This document shows positions 28,997-38,134 of a stretch of 64,000 nt of DNA, one piece after another; within the stretch, counting starts at the first letter, position 1, and every line of letters begins with the position of its first letter. The notes under the pieces were generated by a model. That model was given only the letters and a program-made list of their open reading frames with translations, was not told the DNA's origin and ran no database searches. Both the position numbers and the translations under genes were made by a program. Where the stretch lies: NCBI GenBank assembly GCA_028286725.1, contig JAQBQZ010000012.1:5562-69561 (forward strand). Reading direction: 5' to 3'. The stretch comes from Candidatus Tayloriibacteriota bacterium (lineage in GTDB: Bacteria; Patescibacteriota; Minisyncoccia; Phycocordibacterales; CAIRYW01).

Positions 28997-30028
28997 CTAA
29001 AAATTAAATACTGGAGATATTGCGCCAATTACTACCAATGCATTGATAAGGTTGAATAATGCAAAGAGAATTACAATAAGGCCCGCCGACTTAAAGAATA
29101 TTCCTGACTTTGAACTATTTTGAATACTGAACGAACTAAAACTAACAAGAGCTAGTACGGGCAAAGTTCCGAGTGCAAACGAAACCATTGTCAGTCCACC
29201 CTTAAGAAAGCTTCCTGTTGTCAGAGTGTAGAGTTGCATCGATTGAGTGAATCCGCAGGGCAAGAAGAATGTTGCAACACCCACAAGTAGAGGTGTGAGC
29301 ATATGGTTGAGGCTTGAGACACTATGAGCTCGCTTTCCAATAAACTTTGGCATTGATGGTTGAAGTTTCTTTGCCCATGGAAAGACATCCAAAAGATTTA
29401 AGCCGAGTACAAACATGACAATGGCAATAATGAGTCCTAAAATAAAAGTAGCAGAACTATTCAATGTAAATGCAGAGCCTAAAGATCCGATCACTCCACC
29501 GAGAATAAAGAATGAGACAATTCGTCCTCCGTGGAACATAAGCTGAGGTCGTATCTTGTCTCCCTCTTTTGCAAAGGTTGCAGACATTGAGAGTACTAGT
29601 CCTCCGACTACTGCCATGCATGTTGATAGAGATGCAATAATGCCAATCACAAATGCTGTGCCGTAGGTGACTTTGCCTGCTCCCACAAGATTTACTAATC
29701 CTGCATATTGAAGCACTACAAACAAAACTGCAAAAGCTAGAGCAATGGGTATGGCTATTTTAAACTCTGACCAACAATTCTCTTTGATTTGTTTTTCAAG
29801 TGAAATACTATAGCCAAGAGATTCAATCTGTATGCTTAATTCTTCTGCAATCTGTTTCGGTTCTTTGTCCCCAAAATCTCCTGTCACTTCTATTGTGTGA
29901 TCCTTGAGATTTGATTTGCCACTGGTCACATTTTGTAGACTCCCAATCTTATCTTCTGTCAAAATGACACAAGAATTGCAATGCATACCGTGAATATGAA
30001 ATCGAAAAGTTTTAATAGCTGTTTTCAT
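28997..30028 (-). CDS. HMA domain plus DsbD_2/TauE-like membrane protein
   Basis: GMHCNSC, STCMAVVGG, FFLPCGFTQ, FALGTLP. Confidence 0.88.
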   Translation of the reverse strand: MKTAIKTFRFHIHGMHCNSCVILTEDKIGSLQNVTSGKSNLKDHTIEVTGDFGDKEPKQIAEELSIQIESLGYSISLEKQIKENCWSEFKIAIPIALAFAVLFVVLQYAGLVNLVGAGKVTYGTAFVIGIIASLSTCMAVVGGLVLSMSATFAKEGDKIRPQLMFHGGRIVSFFILGGVIGSLGSAFTLNSSATFILGLIIAIVMFVLGLNLLDVFPWAKKLQPSMPKFIGKRAHSVSSLNHMLTPLLVGVATFFLPCGFTQSMQLYTLTTGSFLKGGLTMVSFALGTLPVLALVSFSSFSIQNSSKSGIFFKSAGLIVILFALFNLINALVVIGAISPVFNF

Positions 30029-30030
30029 AA

Positions 30031-32313
30031 TTATAATTTCATTCTCTTAATTCTAAGTGAGTTCATAACAACCGTCACACTCTCGAATGCCATGATCGCT
30101 CCTGCAATTGCTGGACTCAATGTCCATCCATAGAATGGAAAGAGTATGCCCGCTGCAACTGGAATACCTATTGAGTTGTATCCGAATGACCAAATGAGAT
30201 TCTGCCAAATAGTTTTATTAGTCCTTTGAGCAAGATGTATTGCTTCTGCAACTTTTACAATATCACCTTTCAAAATAACGATGTCCGAGCTTTCGATTGC
30301 AATGTCCGAGCCATCACTCATTGAGATAGCAACATCAGCTTGAGCTAATGCCGGAGCATCATTTACTCCATCCCCAATCATTGCCACCTTAAAACCTTTT
30401 TTCTGTAATTCCTTAACAATATTTAGTTTATCTTCTGGCTTCACATCCGAATATATTTCATCTATTCCGAGTCCTTTAGCTACAGACTCACTTGTTGCTT
30501 TATGGTCGCCAGTTGCCATAACTACTTTGAGTCCAAGTTTTTTGAGTTTTACAATTTCATCTTTTGCTTCTGGTTTTACTGTATCATGTATTTTAATGAG
30601 TGAAAGAACTTCTTTTTCATCTGAAAGATAAAGTTCACGACCGTTTTCAAAACGAGCATCATCGAAATCTTTTTTTATTCCTTCTTCCGATTGCTTTAAT
30701 ACGCCTGCAACATATGCTCGAGAACCAAGATAGTATTTTTTGTTCTGATATTCTGCTGTTACTCCTTTGCCCGCAACTTCATTCAAGTTAGTAATAAGGA
30801 GTGGTTCTACTTTGTTTTCCTTAAGCCATGTCGCTACACTTTCAGATACGGGGTGCTTTGAAGATTTAGTAATTGAGTAGATGAGAGATTGTTTGAATCC
30901 CGTATCTTCTATATCACAAGTATGATTTTTATCTTTGCAATAAACTCCCTCGATAGCTAATTTATTATGTGTAAGTGTCCCAGTTTTGTCGAAGACAATC
31001 GCTGTGACCTTCGCTAGTTTTTCCAAACTCTCCGCATTCTTGATTAGTATTCCTCTTTCCGCACCTCGTCCAACTCCTGTAATGATCGCTGTTGGTGTTG
31101 CAAGACCAAGAGAACAAGGACATGCAATAACAAGCACCGCCATCGTGGTAGAAATGGCATATGCAAAAGCAGTAGTTAAGCCAAGAGTTGCATGGGCAAA
31201 TATCATCCACGATGCAAAAGTGAGTATCGCAATCCCAATTACTACATATACAAATACACCAGATATTCTGTCAGCAGTCCGTTCTATAGGAGCTTTTGAG
31301 TTTTGTGCATTTTCAACGATAGAAATAATATGAGCAAGTGCGGTATCTTTTGGGTCTTTAGTTACCTTGATATGGAGTACTCCTTGAAAGTTTTGCGTTC
31401 CTGCAAATACTTGATCATTTATACCTTTATCTACTGGAATTGCTTCACCAGTAAGGTTTGATTCATCAATTGAGCTTCCACCCTCTACAACAACACCATC
31501 AAGCGGTATTCGCTCATTAGGCTTTACGATAACAATGTCACTAATGTTTACTTTTTCGATTGAGACTTCAATCTCTTTACCATCACGAATAACTAAGGCG
31601 GTCTTACTTGTAAGTCCTGCTAGTTTTTGCAGAGATTCATTTGTCTTTTTCTTTGCACGAGCTTCGAGGTACTGTCCGAAAGCAATAAGACCGATCACCA
31701 CAATAACGACATCATAAAAATTAGAAGTAATATTTATGTACGGTGCTAATTCTTTTTCAAAGGCTGTGACAATAAAAGAGTATATAAAAGCGACGATAGT
31801 TGAGATACCCACAAGAGTATCCATATTTGCTGTGCGAGTCTTAAGAAATATCCAAACTGCTTTTATGTACTTTCTCCCTATGCCAAAGAGTACAAAAGAG
31901 GCAAAAATTGGCATCAGATGGTGAAAAACTTCATACACATTTGGAGACATTGCAGGGATTATATTGCTTTGAGAAAGTACCTCCCAAAACATCATTACAA
32001 AAGAGAATGCAACCATTGGTAAGATGAATTTCATTTCAAGTTCAGTATCTATTGCACCACCATTCTCACCATGATGATGGTCGGCAGAGGGGGACTTTTT
32101 ATCAAAATCTTCAAGCGTGTATCCAAATGGAGAAATAATATTAGAAAGTTTGATTGTATCAATTGGAGTATCGGTAAAACTAATGATGGCTTTTTCTTGA
32201 TTAAGTTTAACTGATACGGACTTAATTCCAGGAACCTGCTTAAGCTTGTCTTCTATAAGAATGACACAACTAGCACAATGCATACCTTTTACTTTATATA
32301 CATCTTCCATCAT
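30031..32313 (-). CDS. copA: Cu(I)-translocating P1B ATPase
   Basis: GMHCASC, TGE, CPC, DKTGT, HP, GDGVND, YN and M..ES TM ligands. Confidence 0.93.
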   Translation of the reverse strand: MMEDVYKVKGMHCASCVILIEDKLKQVPGIKSVSVKLNQEKAIISFTDTPIDTIKLSNIISPFGYTLEDFDKKSPSADHHHGENGGAIDTELEMKFILPMVAFSFVMMFWEVLSQSNIIPAMSPNVYEVFHHLMPIFASFVLFGIGRKYIKAVWIFLKTRTANMDTLVGISTIVAFIYSFIVTAFEKELAPYINITSNFYDVVIVVIGLIAFGQYLEARAKKKTNESLQKLAGLTSKTALVIRDGKEIEVSIEKVNISDIVIVKPNERIPLDGVVVEGGSSIDESNLTGEAIPVDKGINDQVFAGTQNFQGVLHIKVTKDPKDTALAHIISIVENAQNSKAPIERTADRISGVFVYVVIGIAILTFASWMIFAHATLGLTTAFAYAISTTMAVLVIACPCSLGLATPTAIITGVGRGAERGILIKNAESLEKLAKVTAIVFDKTGTLTHNKLAIEGVYCKDKNHTCDIEDTGFKQSLIYSITKSSKHPVSESVATWLKENKVEPLLITNLNEVAGKGVTAEYQNKKYYLGSRAYVAGVLKQSEEGIKKDFDDARFENGRELYLSDEKEVLSLIKIHDTVKPEAKDEIVKLKKLGLKVVMATGDHKATSESVAKGLGIDEIYSDVKPEDKLNIVKELQKKGFKVAMIGDGVNDAPALAQADVAISMSDGSDIAIESSDIVILKGDIVKVAEAIHLAQRTNKTIWQNLIWSFGYNSIGIPVAAGILFPFYGWTLSPAIAGAIMAFESVTVVMNSLRIKRMKL

Positions 32314-32315
32314 TT

Positions 32316-32663
32316 TTATATTTTAATTCCAAATTTAGTAAGTAATAGAGCGTAAATTGTGTATCCTAGAAACATAACAATTATTGATACGAACATTGCT
32401 AAATTAAAAGTGAAGCCCATCTTTAACAAGGTCGGCAAAGTAACAAAAAACAATAGCGAAGGCAATACTGCCCAAAAAATATTATGGGACAAATCAATGA
32501 CCTTCCCCACATCTTTTGTGTCATGATAAAGCCACGTTATTGCAAGAATAGATGTTAGAGGTAAAGAAGCTACGATAGCACCAATAAAACTTAGACGTTT
32601 AGATATTTCAGATGCTAAAGTAATTATTAATGCAGAAACAATAATTTTAATAAGATATTGCAT
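32316..32663 (-). CDS. DUF3147-like membrane protein
   Basis: SEISKR...GAIVASLPLTSIL. Confidence 0.75.
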   Translation of the reverse strand: MQYLIKIIVSALIITLASEISKRLSFIGAIVASLPLTSILAITWLYHDTKDVGKVIDLSHNIFWAVLPSLLFFVTLPTLLKMGFTFNLAMFVSIIVMFLGYTIYALLLTKFGIKI

Positions 32664-32667
32664 AAAA

Positions 32668-32943
32668 TTATTTTCTCTTTAGCTTATATACTTTTAATAT
32701 TTCATCTTTAGCTTTTGTAGCTTCCCCCGTAGTCATTTGTTTCGAAACGCAACAGTCCAAGTGATTTTCTAGTAGTATATCTTCAACATTTGAGAGAGCT
32801 TGTTTAACGGCAGAGGTTTGGGTAATAACATCAATACAATATTTATCTTCCTCAATCATTTTTTGAAGACCTCGCACTTGACCCTCGATCAACTTAAGTC
32901 GGCGAACAACTTTGTCTTTGCTATTTTTTTCTGTATATTTCAT
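32668..32943 (-). CDS. csoR: CsoR family metal-sensing repressor
   Basis: RRLKLIEGQVRGLQKMIEEDKYC.D...Q, HL.CC. Confidence 0.92.
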   Translation of the reverse strand: MKYTEKNSKDKVVRRLKLIEGQVRGLQKMIEEDKYCIDVITQTSAVKQALSNVEDILLENHLDCCVSKQMTTGEATKAKDEILKVYKLKRK

Positions 32944-32950
32944 ATAAGAA

Positions 32951-32980
32951 ATTATATACCCCCTAGGGGGTATGAGTCAA
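32951..32980 (-). promoter_or_regulatory. CsoR operator within the csoR promoter
   Basis: Perfect palindrome ATACCCCCTAGGGGGTAT (32956-32973) lying between TTGACT and TATAAT. Confidence 0.85.
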
Positions 32981-33061
32981 TGGAAAGTAAAAAACACTTT
33001 AAAAGGTGTTTTTTACTTTCCATTTATAGCTAGATCGAGGCATCTCGATGCTTACTCGTGT

Positions 33062-33256
33062 TGGTGGAGATGGAGGGAATTTCGACCTCGACTAAATTTT
33101 TGCCGTCGCAAAAATTTGTCTGGTCACCGGCTCGAATTTTTTGTTGCTACAAAAAATATACTACGCCGTTCGAATCCCTCACGCAAGTGCGTTTAGCACT
33201 TGCTCATCTCCGCACAACAAAAATGGCGCCCTCAAAGGCGCTCATATTTGTAAGTG
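33062..33256. repeat. tRNA-3'-end-mirroring structured element, copy B (tRNA-Ser GCT)
   Basis: Inverted tRNA 3' end at 33168-33215 split by a 24-nt hairpin; direct copy at 33062-33078 ending CCA; two internal hairpins. Confidence 0.8.
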
Positions 33257-33345
33257 CGGAGATGGAGGGATTCGAACCCTCGGTGCGCTTTAAGACGCAC
33301 GCCTCTTTAGCAAAGAGGTAGATTAAACCACTCTCCCACATCTCC
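33257..33345 (-). tRNA. tRNA-Ser(GCT)
   Basis: GGAGATG...CATCTCC-G, anticodon arm CCTCT-TTGCTAA-AGAGG, long variable arm. Confidence 0.95.
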
Positions 33346-33422
33346 GTATATTTTATTTTCGACAATTCAGGTCTCCCATATCTCCAAACTCACCTGAGAT
33401 TACCACAAAAAGCTGTATTTTT

Positions 33423-34640
33423 CTACCTTTTTGTATCCCAAAGATCCCACACCGCACCTGCAATGTTCTTCGGTTTCCCTTCCAAGGCATAATAATGAAG
33501 ATCTATAAATGGTAATGTATTTGCCTCAATGATTCCCCACTTTTGTGAATCAGCATCAAGAGTTGGATCAGGAACAATACAATCAAATCCCGCAACTCCA
33601 AGCCCCACGATCTTTCCTACTTTTTCTAGAATTGGAATGAAACTTGGGTGGAGTTCATCAAACATTTCTTTGGTCACTCCGCCAAAGAGTCTTCCTGTTC
33701 GATATGTGAGTTGCACTTTTTCATCTGCCTTTGGCACCGTTTGAAGCGTGAATCCTGAACGACCAATATAATCCAGGATTTCTTTGTTTATTTCTACTTC
33801 TCCAATTCGCGTATTCTTGTTTTTATTTTTGTCTTCGATAAGTTCTTTGATATTTGAAACACCATTTCCCACTACCGTCGGCACTCCTGCACGATAGAAT
33901 CCAAGAAGCTTTCCATTAACCAAAGTCGCCCGACAGACATCACCCATCAAGTGTTCTTCAACAATAATATACGGCGTCATGATCTGTGCTACCTCGATCG
34001 CCTTCAAGAAGTCGTCAAATGAATTAATGTTTGTTGTCGTGTGTCTCCCTCGTGATCCTACTCGCGGCTTAACAATGATAGGCTTTGCGAATGAATCAAA
34101 TATTTTTTGAAGCTTTTTCATGTGCTGCTCCGGTTTTTGGAATAGAGTCAGATCAACACTTTTTGGCACTGGGATATTATTTTTTCTGAATACTTTTTTG
34201 AGAAATGATTTGTTGTCCCACATATCAACCATATCGAGAAATTCTGTTGGAATCGGGATACTTTCAAAATATATTCTTTTGCCGCTTTTGAGACGCGCTC
34301 GATAAAATTCTATTGGTTTTCCAAAGATGATGATCTGCTCCATTTGAAGTCCTCTCCTATTAGCTTCTTCCCATACGACACGAGAACGAAAGGTATTCAC
34401 CTTTTCGATATCAGAAGAAAACTTCACAAGATGAAACATGTTGAGTATTGGAAAAGAAATAGATGGAAGCCAGTCCACAAATCTTTTCAAAAACTTTGGC
34501 GCAAACTTCGTGATCTTTCCAAAGATAGGATCAATATTGATAGAAAGGATACTCCCGAAGTAAGACATTCCGTGGTTGGTCGGTACATTGGCACAATACG
34601 GACAATCGGTTTTTATTTTTGTTGGTTCGATATTACTCAT
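33423..34640 (-). CDS. ATP-grasp ligase, cyanophycin synthetase/GshAB-like
   Basis: PIIVKPRVGSRGR, VEEHL.G...R, VVGNG..IKELI, GFDCI, IIEANTLP. Confidence 0.8.
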   Translation of the reverse strand: MSNIEPTKIKTDCPYCANVPTNHGMSYFGSILSINIDPIFGKITKFAPKFLKRFVDWLPSISFPILNMFHLVKFSSDIEKVNTFRSRVVWEEANRRGLQMEQIIIFGKPIEFYRARLKSGKRIYFESIPIPTEFLDMVDMWDNKSFLKKVFRKNNIPVPKSVDLTLFQKPEQHMKKLQKIFDSFAKPIIVKPRVGSRGRHTTTNINSFDDFLKAIEVAQIMTPYIIVEEHLMGDVCRATLVNGKLLGFYRAGVPTVVGNGVSNIKELIEDKNKNKNTRIGEVEINKEILDYIGRSGFTLQTVPKADEKVQLTYRTGRLFGGVTKEMFDELHPSFIPILEKVGKIVGLGVAGFDCIVPDPTLDADSQKWGIIEANTLPFIDLHYYALEGKPKNIAGAVWDLWDTKR

Positions 34641-34962
34641 TAGTTTATTTAATATAGCATCTCAATAGGACATTTGCATTCAACAAACAAAAACACCACA
34701 TCTTACAATGTGGTGTTTTTGAAGAGCAAGCTCTTAATGTCCTCCTAGTTGCATATATTTGTATAATTAACCGGTAACCCATTCATTATACACCATAATT
34801 TGAGACCATGGCTAGTCTTTTTAGGTTGTGGTGGGTAAAAGGTCCTCGGAGCAGAGTCAGTGATGACCTTTGTTCCAACGGCGACTCGGATATTGTGCGC
34901 GAGAATACTCGCCCACACATCCTCGCTTGTTGGAAATAAACCCAAAATGCTATAATAATTCA

Positions 34963-35409
34963 ATGAAAAACAAAAACATCATATATATAGTCATTATTAT
35001 AGTTATCGCAATCACATTAGCCGGAGTTCTTTCATTTTTTAATACCGATAATGCAGACACGGGGCCTGGGCAGTACGACGCACTTGCACAGTGCGCAGTA
35101 GAGCACGGTGCAAAATTCTACGGCGCATTCTGGTGCCCACACTGTAGAGATCAAAAGAAAGAGTTTGGTAATTCAGCAAAACTACTCCCCTATGTTGAAT
35201 GTTCTACTCCAGATGCATCAGGTCAGACTCAAATCTGTATAGACAAGAAGATCGAAAGCTACCCTACTTGGGAATTCGCCGACGGATCAAGAATCACAGG
35301 AGGTATCACTCCAGAGCAGCTCGCAGAAAAAACATCCTGTTCTCTAGGAGCCGCAACTTCAACAGCGGCAATAGCAACCACAACATCACCCGCATCAGTT
35401 ACAAAATAA
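34963..35409 (+). CDS. Membrane-anchored thioredoxin-fold disulfide oxidoreductase
   Basis: TM then FYGAFWCPHC, YVECS, YPTW. Confidence 0.88.
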   Translation: MKNKNIIYIVIIIVIAITLAGVLSFFNTDNADTGPGQYDALAQCAVEHGAKFYGAFWCPHCRDQKKEFGNSAKLLPYVECSTPDASGQTQICIDKKIESYPTWEFADGSRITGGITPEQLAEKTSCSLGAATSTAAIATTTSPASVTK

Positions 35410-35421
35410 TAAATCCTAAAG

Positions 35422-35964
35422 ATGAAAATTTTCATTGAAAACCTCATAGTTGTACTCGTCGTATTCGCACAAATACTCTCTGTCGTTTATATTATTGGCT
35501 TCTTTGTAAAACGAAAAAATCCCAATTCTGAATTCGTAAAAATACTGGGAGATAATGGATTTAAACTCACATTTCTTGTTGCGCTCATCTCAACTTGTGG
35601 CAGTCTCTTTTATTCTGATGTATTAGGATACGAGCCATGTAAATTCTGCTGGTTCCAAAGAATATTTATGTATCCTCAGGCTCTCATTCTCGGTCTTGCT
35701 CTATGGAGAAAAGAATGGAATCTGTATTTCTACAGTATTGTAATGTCAGTTATTGGAGGACTCATCGCGCTCAATCACTACATTCTTCAAATGACAGGTT
35801 CATCAATAATCCCTTGTTCAGCAGTCGGTCAAAGTGTTTCTTGTAGCAAAGTGTTCGTAGTTCACCTAGGATACATCACAATTCCATTTATGGCGCTTTC
35901 AGGATTCGTACTCATGACTCTTGCAATGGTATTTTACAAACAAACTTATGAGATTACACGATAG
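35422..35964 (+). CDS. dsbB: Disulfide bond formation protein DsbB/BdbC
   Basis: GSLFYS...PCKFCWFQRIFMYP, second Cys pair, TIPFM. Confidence 0.92.
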   Translation: MKIFIENLIVVLVVFAQILSVVYIIGFFVKRKNPNSEFVKILGDNGFKLTFLVALISTCGSLFYSDVLGYEPCKFCWFQRIFMYPQALILGLALWRKEWNLYFYSIVMSVIGGLIALNHYILQMTGSSIIPCSAVGQSVSCSKVFVVHLGYITIPFMALSGFVLMTLAMVFYKQTYEITR

Positions 35965-38119
35965 TATTGAATCAGTCACTCGCCTCTCGTTTGAGCAAAA
36001 ACAAGCTCTCAAAAAACTCAGCCTTTTTACCGTAGGAGATCTTCTCCGATATTATCCTGTGCGTTATGGTGATATATCGAAAGCTGTTGAAATAAATTCT
36101 GTTGAAAAAGGTATTGATGTCACCGTCTTTGGGAGGATCCAAAATCTCACTACAAGCAAAGGATTCAAAACCAAGATCGCAATGGCCAAAGCAACTCTCG
36201 TCGATGAGACCGGTACTCTGGGTCTCGTCTGGTTTAATCAGCCCTACATCGCCAAACTCATACATGATAATTCCCTTGTTAGAGTCGAAGGCAAACTTTC
36301 TATAGGCAAAAGCGGCAGATATTTTTCAAACCCAAAAATAGAAGAGATCGATAAAATTCCAGAAATAAAAGGTATTTCTCTTTTTGCAGAAACCCAAGGA
36401 GATAACGCCTCAAACCATGACGCTCCCCTCTACCCTGTCTATCCTGAGACAAAAAATATTACATCCAATTGGATTTTTCATACACTTCAACGGGTATTTA
36501 AGAGTGATATTTTTGAATATATCACCGATCCGATCCCTGAATCGATTCTCAAAAAGTATTCTCTCCCAACACTAAAAACGGCACTTCTTTGGGTCCACTC
36601 TCCCCACAAGATCGAGGATTATGAGATCGCTCGAAAACGACTCGCGTTTGAAGAAGTATTTTTTATCCAACTCCAAAAACAAATCGAAAGAAAAGAGATA
36701 TTAAAACTGCCTTCTATTCAGCTCAAAGATGCAGAAGAGTTCGCTCTTGAATTTATAAACAAACTCCCTTTTAAACTGACCACTGCTCAAAAGACAGTGA
36801 TTGACACGATCACAAATGAAATGAAACAAGGCACTCCAATGTCTCGACTTCTTGAAGGTGATGTAGGAAGCGGTAAGACAGCGGTCGCAGGCGCAACTGC
36901 GTATGCAGTGGTCAAATCTCATCCCAACGGAAAGGACTTTGGAAACTACCAGATCGCTTACATGGCCCCGACAGAAATACTCGCAACACAACAATTCGAA
37001 TCATTTATCGAATTCTTCAAACATCTTCCTATTGAAATGGCGCTTGTGATAGGAGCTACTTGCAAAAAGTTTCCATCAAAAGTAAATCCGACAGGATCAA
37101 CGAGTGTCTCAAAACCTCAAATGCTCAAATGGATTGAAGAAGGAAAGATCTCGCTTGTCATAGGAACTCACGCCCTCATTCAAAAAAAAGTAAAGTTCAA
37201 AAACCTTGCGTATGTCATTATCGACGAGCAACATCGATTTGGAGTGAACCAAAGACAGAAGCTCGCACGAAAGGACAAAGTAATTCCCCATCTTCTCTCA
37301 ATGACAGCGACCCCGATTCCTCGTACACTTGCACTCACGATCTACGGAGACCTTGATCTTTCGATACTCGATCAAATGCCTGCGGGGCGAAAGCAGATCA
37401 TTACAGAAATCATTACTCCAGAAAAAAGAAATACAGTATATGAAAAAATTCGAGAAGAATTAAATAACGGGAGACAAGCATATATCATCTGCCCACGAAT
37501 TGATGCGCCAGATCCAGATCAAGAAAAGTCACTCCAACTTCGATCAGTCAAAGAAGAAGCAGAACGACTTAAAAAAGAAGTCTTTAGAGAATTTAAAATT
37601 GATATTCTGCATAGCAAAATGACACCAATCGAGAAGGATAAAATCATGGGAGAATTCTACAAAGGAACGATCGATATTCTAGTTTCAACATCTGTTGTTG
37701 AAGTGGGTGTGAATGTGCCGAATGCGACGGTGATCGTGATTGAAGGTGCTGAGAGATTCGGTCTCTCTCAGCTTCATCAGCTTCGAGGACGAGTGCTCCG
37801 AGGAAATCATCAGCCCTATTGCTTTGTATTTGCAGATTCAAAAAATGATAAATCAATCGAAAGACTTCGGGCCTTTAAGAATGCCAAAAACGGCTTCGAG
37901 CTTGCGGAGCTCGATCTTAAACAACGAGGCTCAGGTGGACTTGCAGGAGGCAAACAATGGGGTATAACAGATATTGCCATGGAAGCCCTTCGCAATCTCA
38001 AGATGGTAGAAGCTGCTCGAACAGAAGCAAAACTCATTGCAGAAACAGATCTCACCCTTTCAAAATACCCCGCCCTTAAAGCTGTTCTAGAAAGCAAGAA
38101 AGAGATACATTTTGAGTAA
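35948..38119 (+). CDS. recG: ATP-dependent DNA helicase RecG
   Basis: RLLEGDVGSGKT, DEQHRFGV, MTATPIPRTL, QLHQLRGRV. Confidence 0.97.
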   Translation: MRLHDSIESVTRLSFEQKQALKKLSLFTVGDLLRYYPVRYGDISKAVEINSVEKGIDVTVFGRIQNLTTSKGFKTKIAMAKATLVDETGTLGLVWFNQPYIAKLIHDNSLVRVEGKLSIGKSGRYFSNPKIEEIDKIPEIKGISLFAETQGDNASNHDAPLYPVYPETKNITSNWIFHTLQRVFKSDIFEYITDPIPESILKKYSLPTLKTALLWVHSPHKIEDYEIARKRLAFEEVFFIQLQKQIERKEILKLPSIQLKDAEEFALEFINKLPFKLTTAQKTVIDTITNEMKQGTPMSRLLEGDVGSGKTAVAGATAYAVVKSHPNGKDFGNYQIAYMAPTEILATQQFESFIEFFKHLPIEMALVIGATCKKFPSKVNPTGSTSVSKPQMLKWIEEGKISLVIGTHALIQKKVKFKNLAYVIIDEQHRFGVNQRQKLARKDKVIPHLLSMTATPIPRTLALTIYGDLDLSILDQMPAGRKQIITEIITPEKRNTVYEKIREELNNGRQAYIICPRIDAPDPDQEKSLQLRSVKEEAERLKKEVFREFKIDILHSKMTPIEKDKIMGEFYKGTIDILVSTSVVEVGVNVPNATVIVIEGAERFGLSQLHQLRGRVLRGNHQPYCFVFADSKNDKSIERLRAFKNAKNGFELAELDLKQRGSGGLAGGKQWGITDIAMEALRNLKMVEAARTEAKLIAETDLTLSKYPALKAVLESKKEIHFE

Positions 38120-38134
38120 TCAAAAAACTACGCT

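Noticed and set aside
33058-33321. 87-aa ORF across element B and tRNA-Ser
   Set aside because: It overlaps the tRNA antisense and palindromic DNA, and no equivalent ORF exists in copies A or C.
34745-34963. 72-aa minus-strand ORF between the ATP-grasp and thioredoxin genes
   Set aside because: It has a non-ATG start overlapping the divergent gene's promoter and no recognisable motif, so it cannot be supported.
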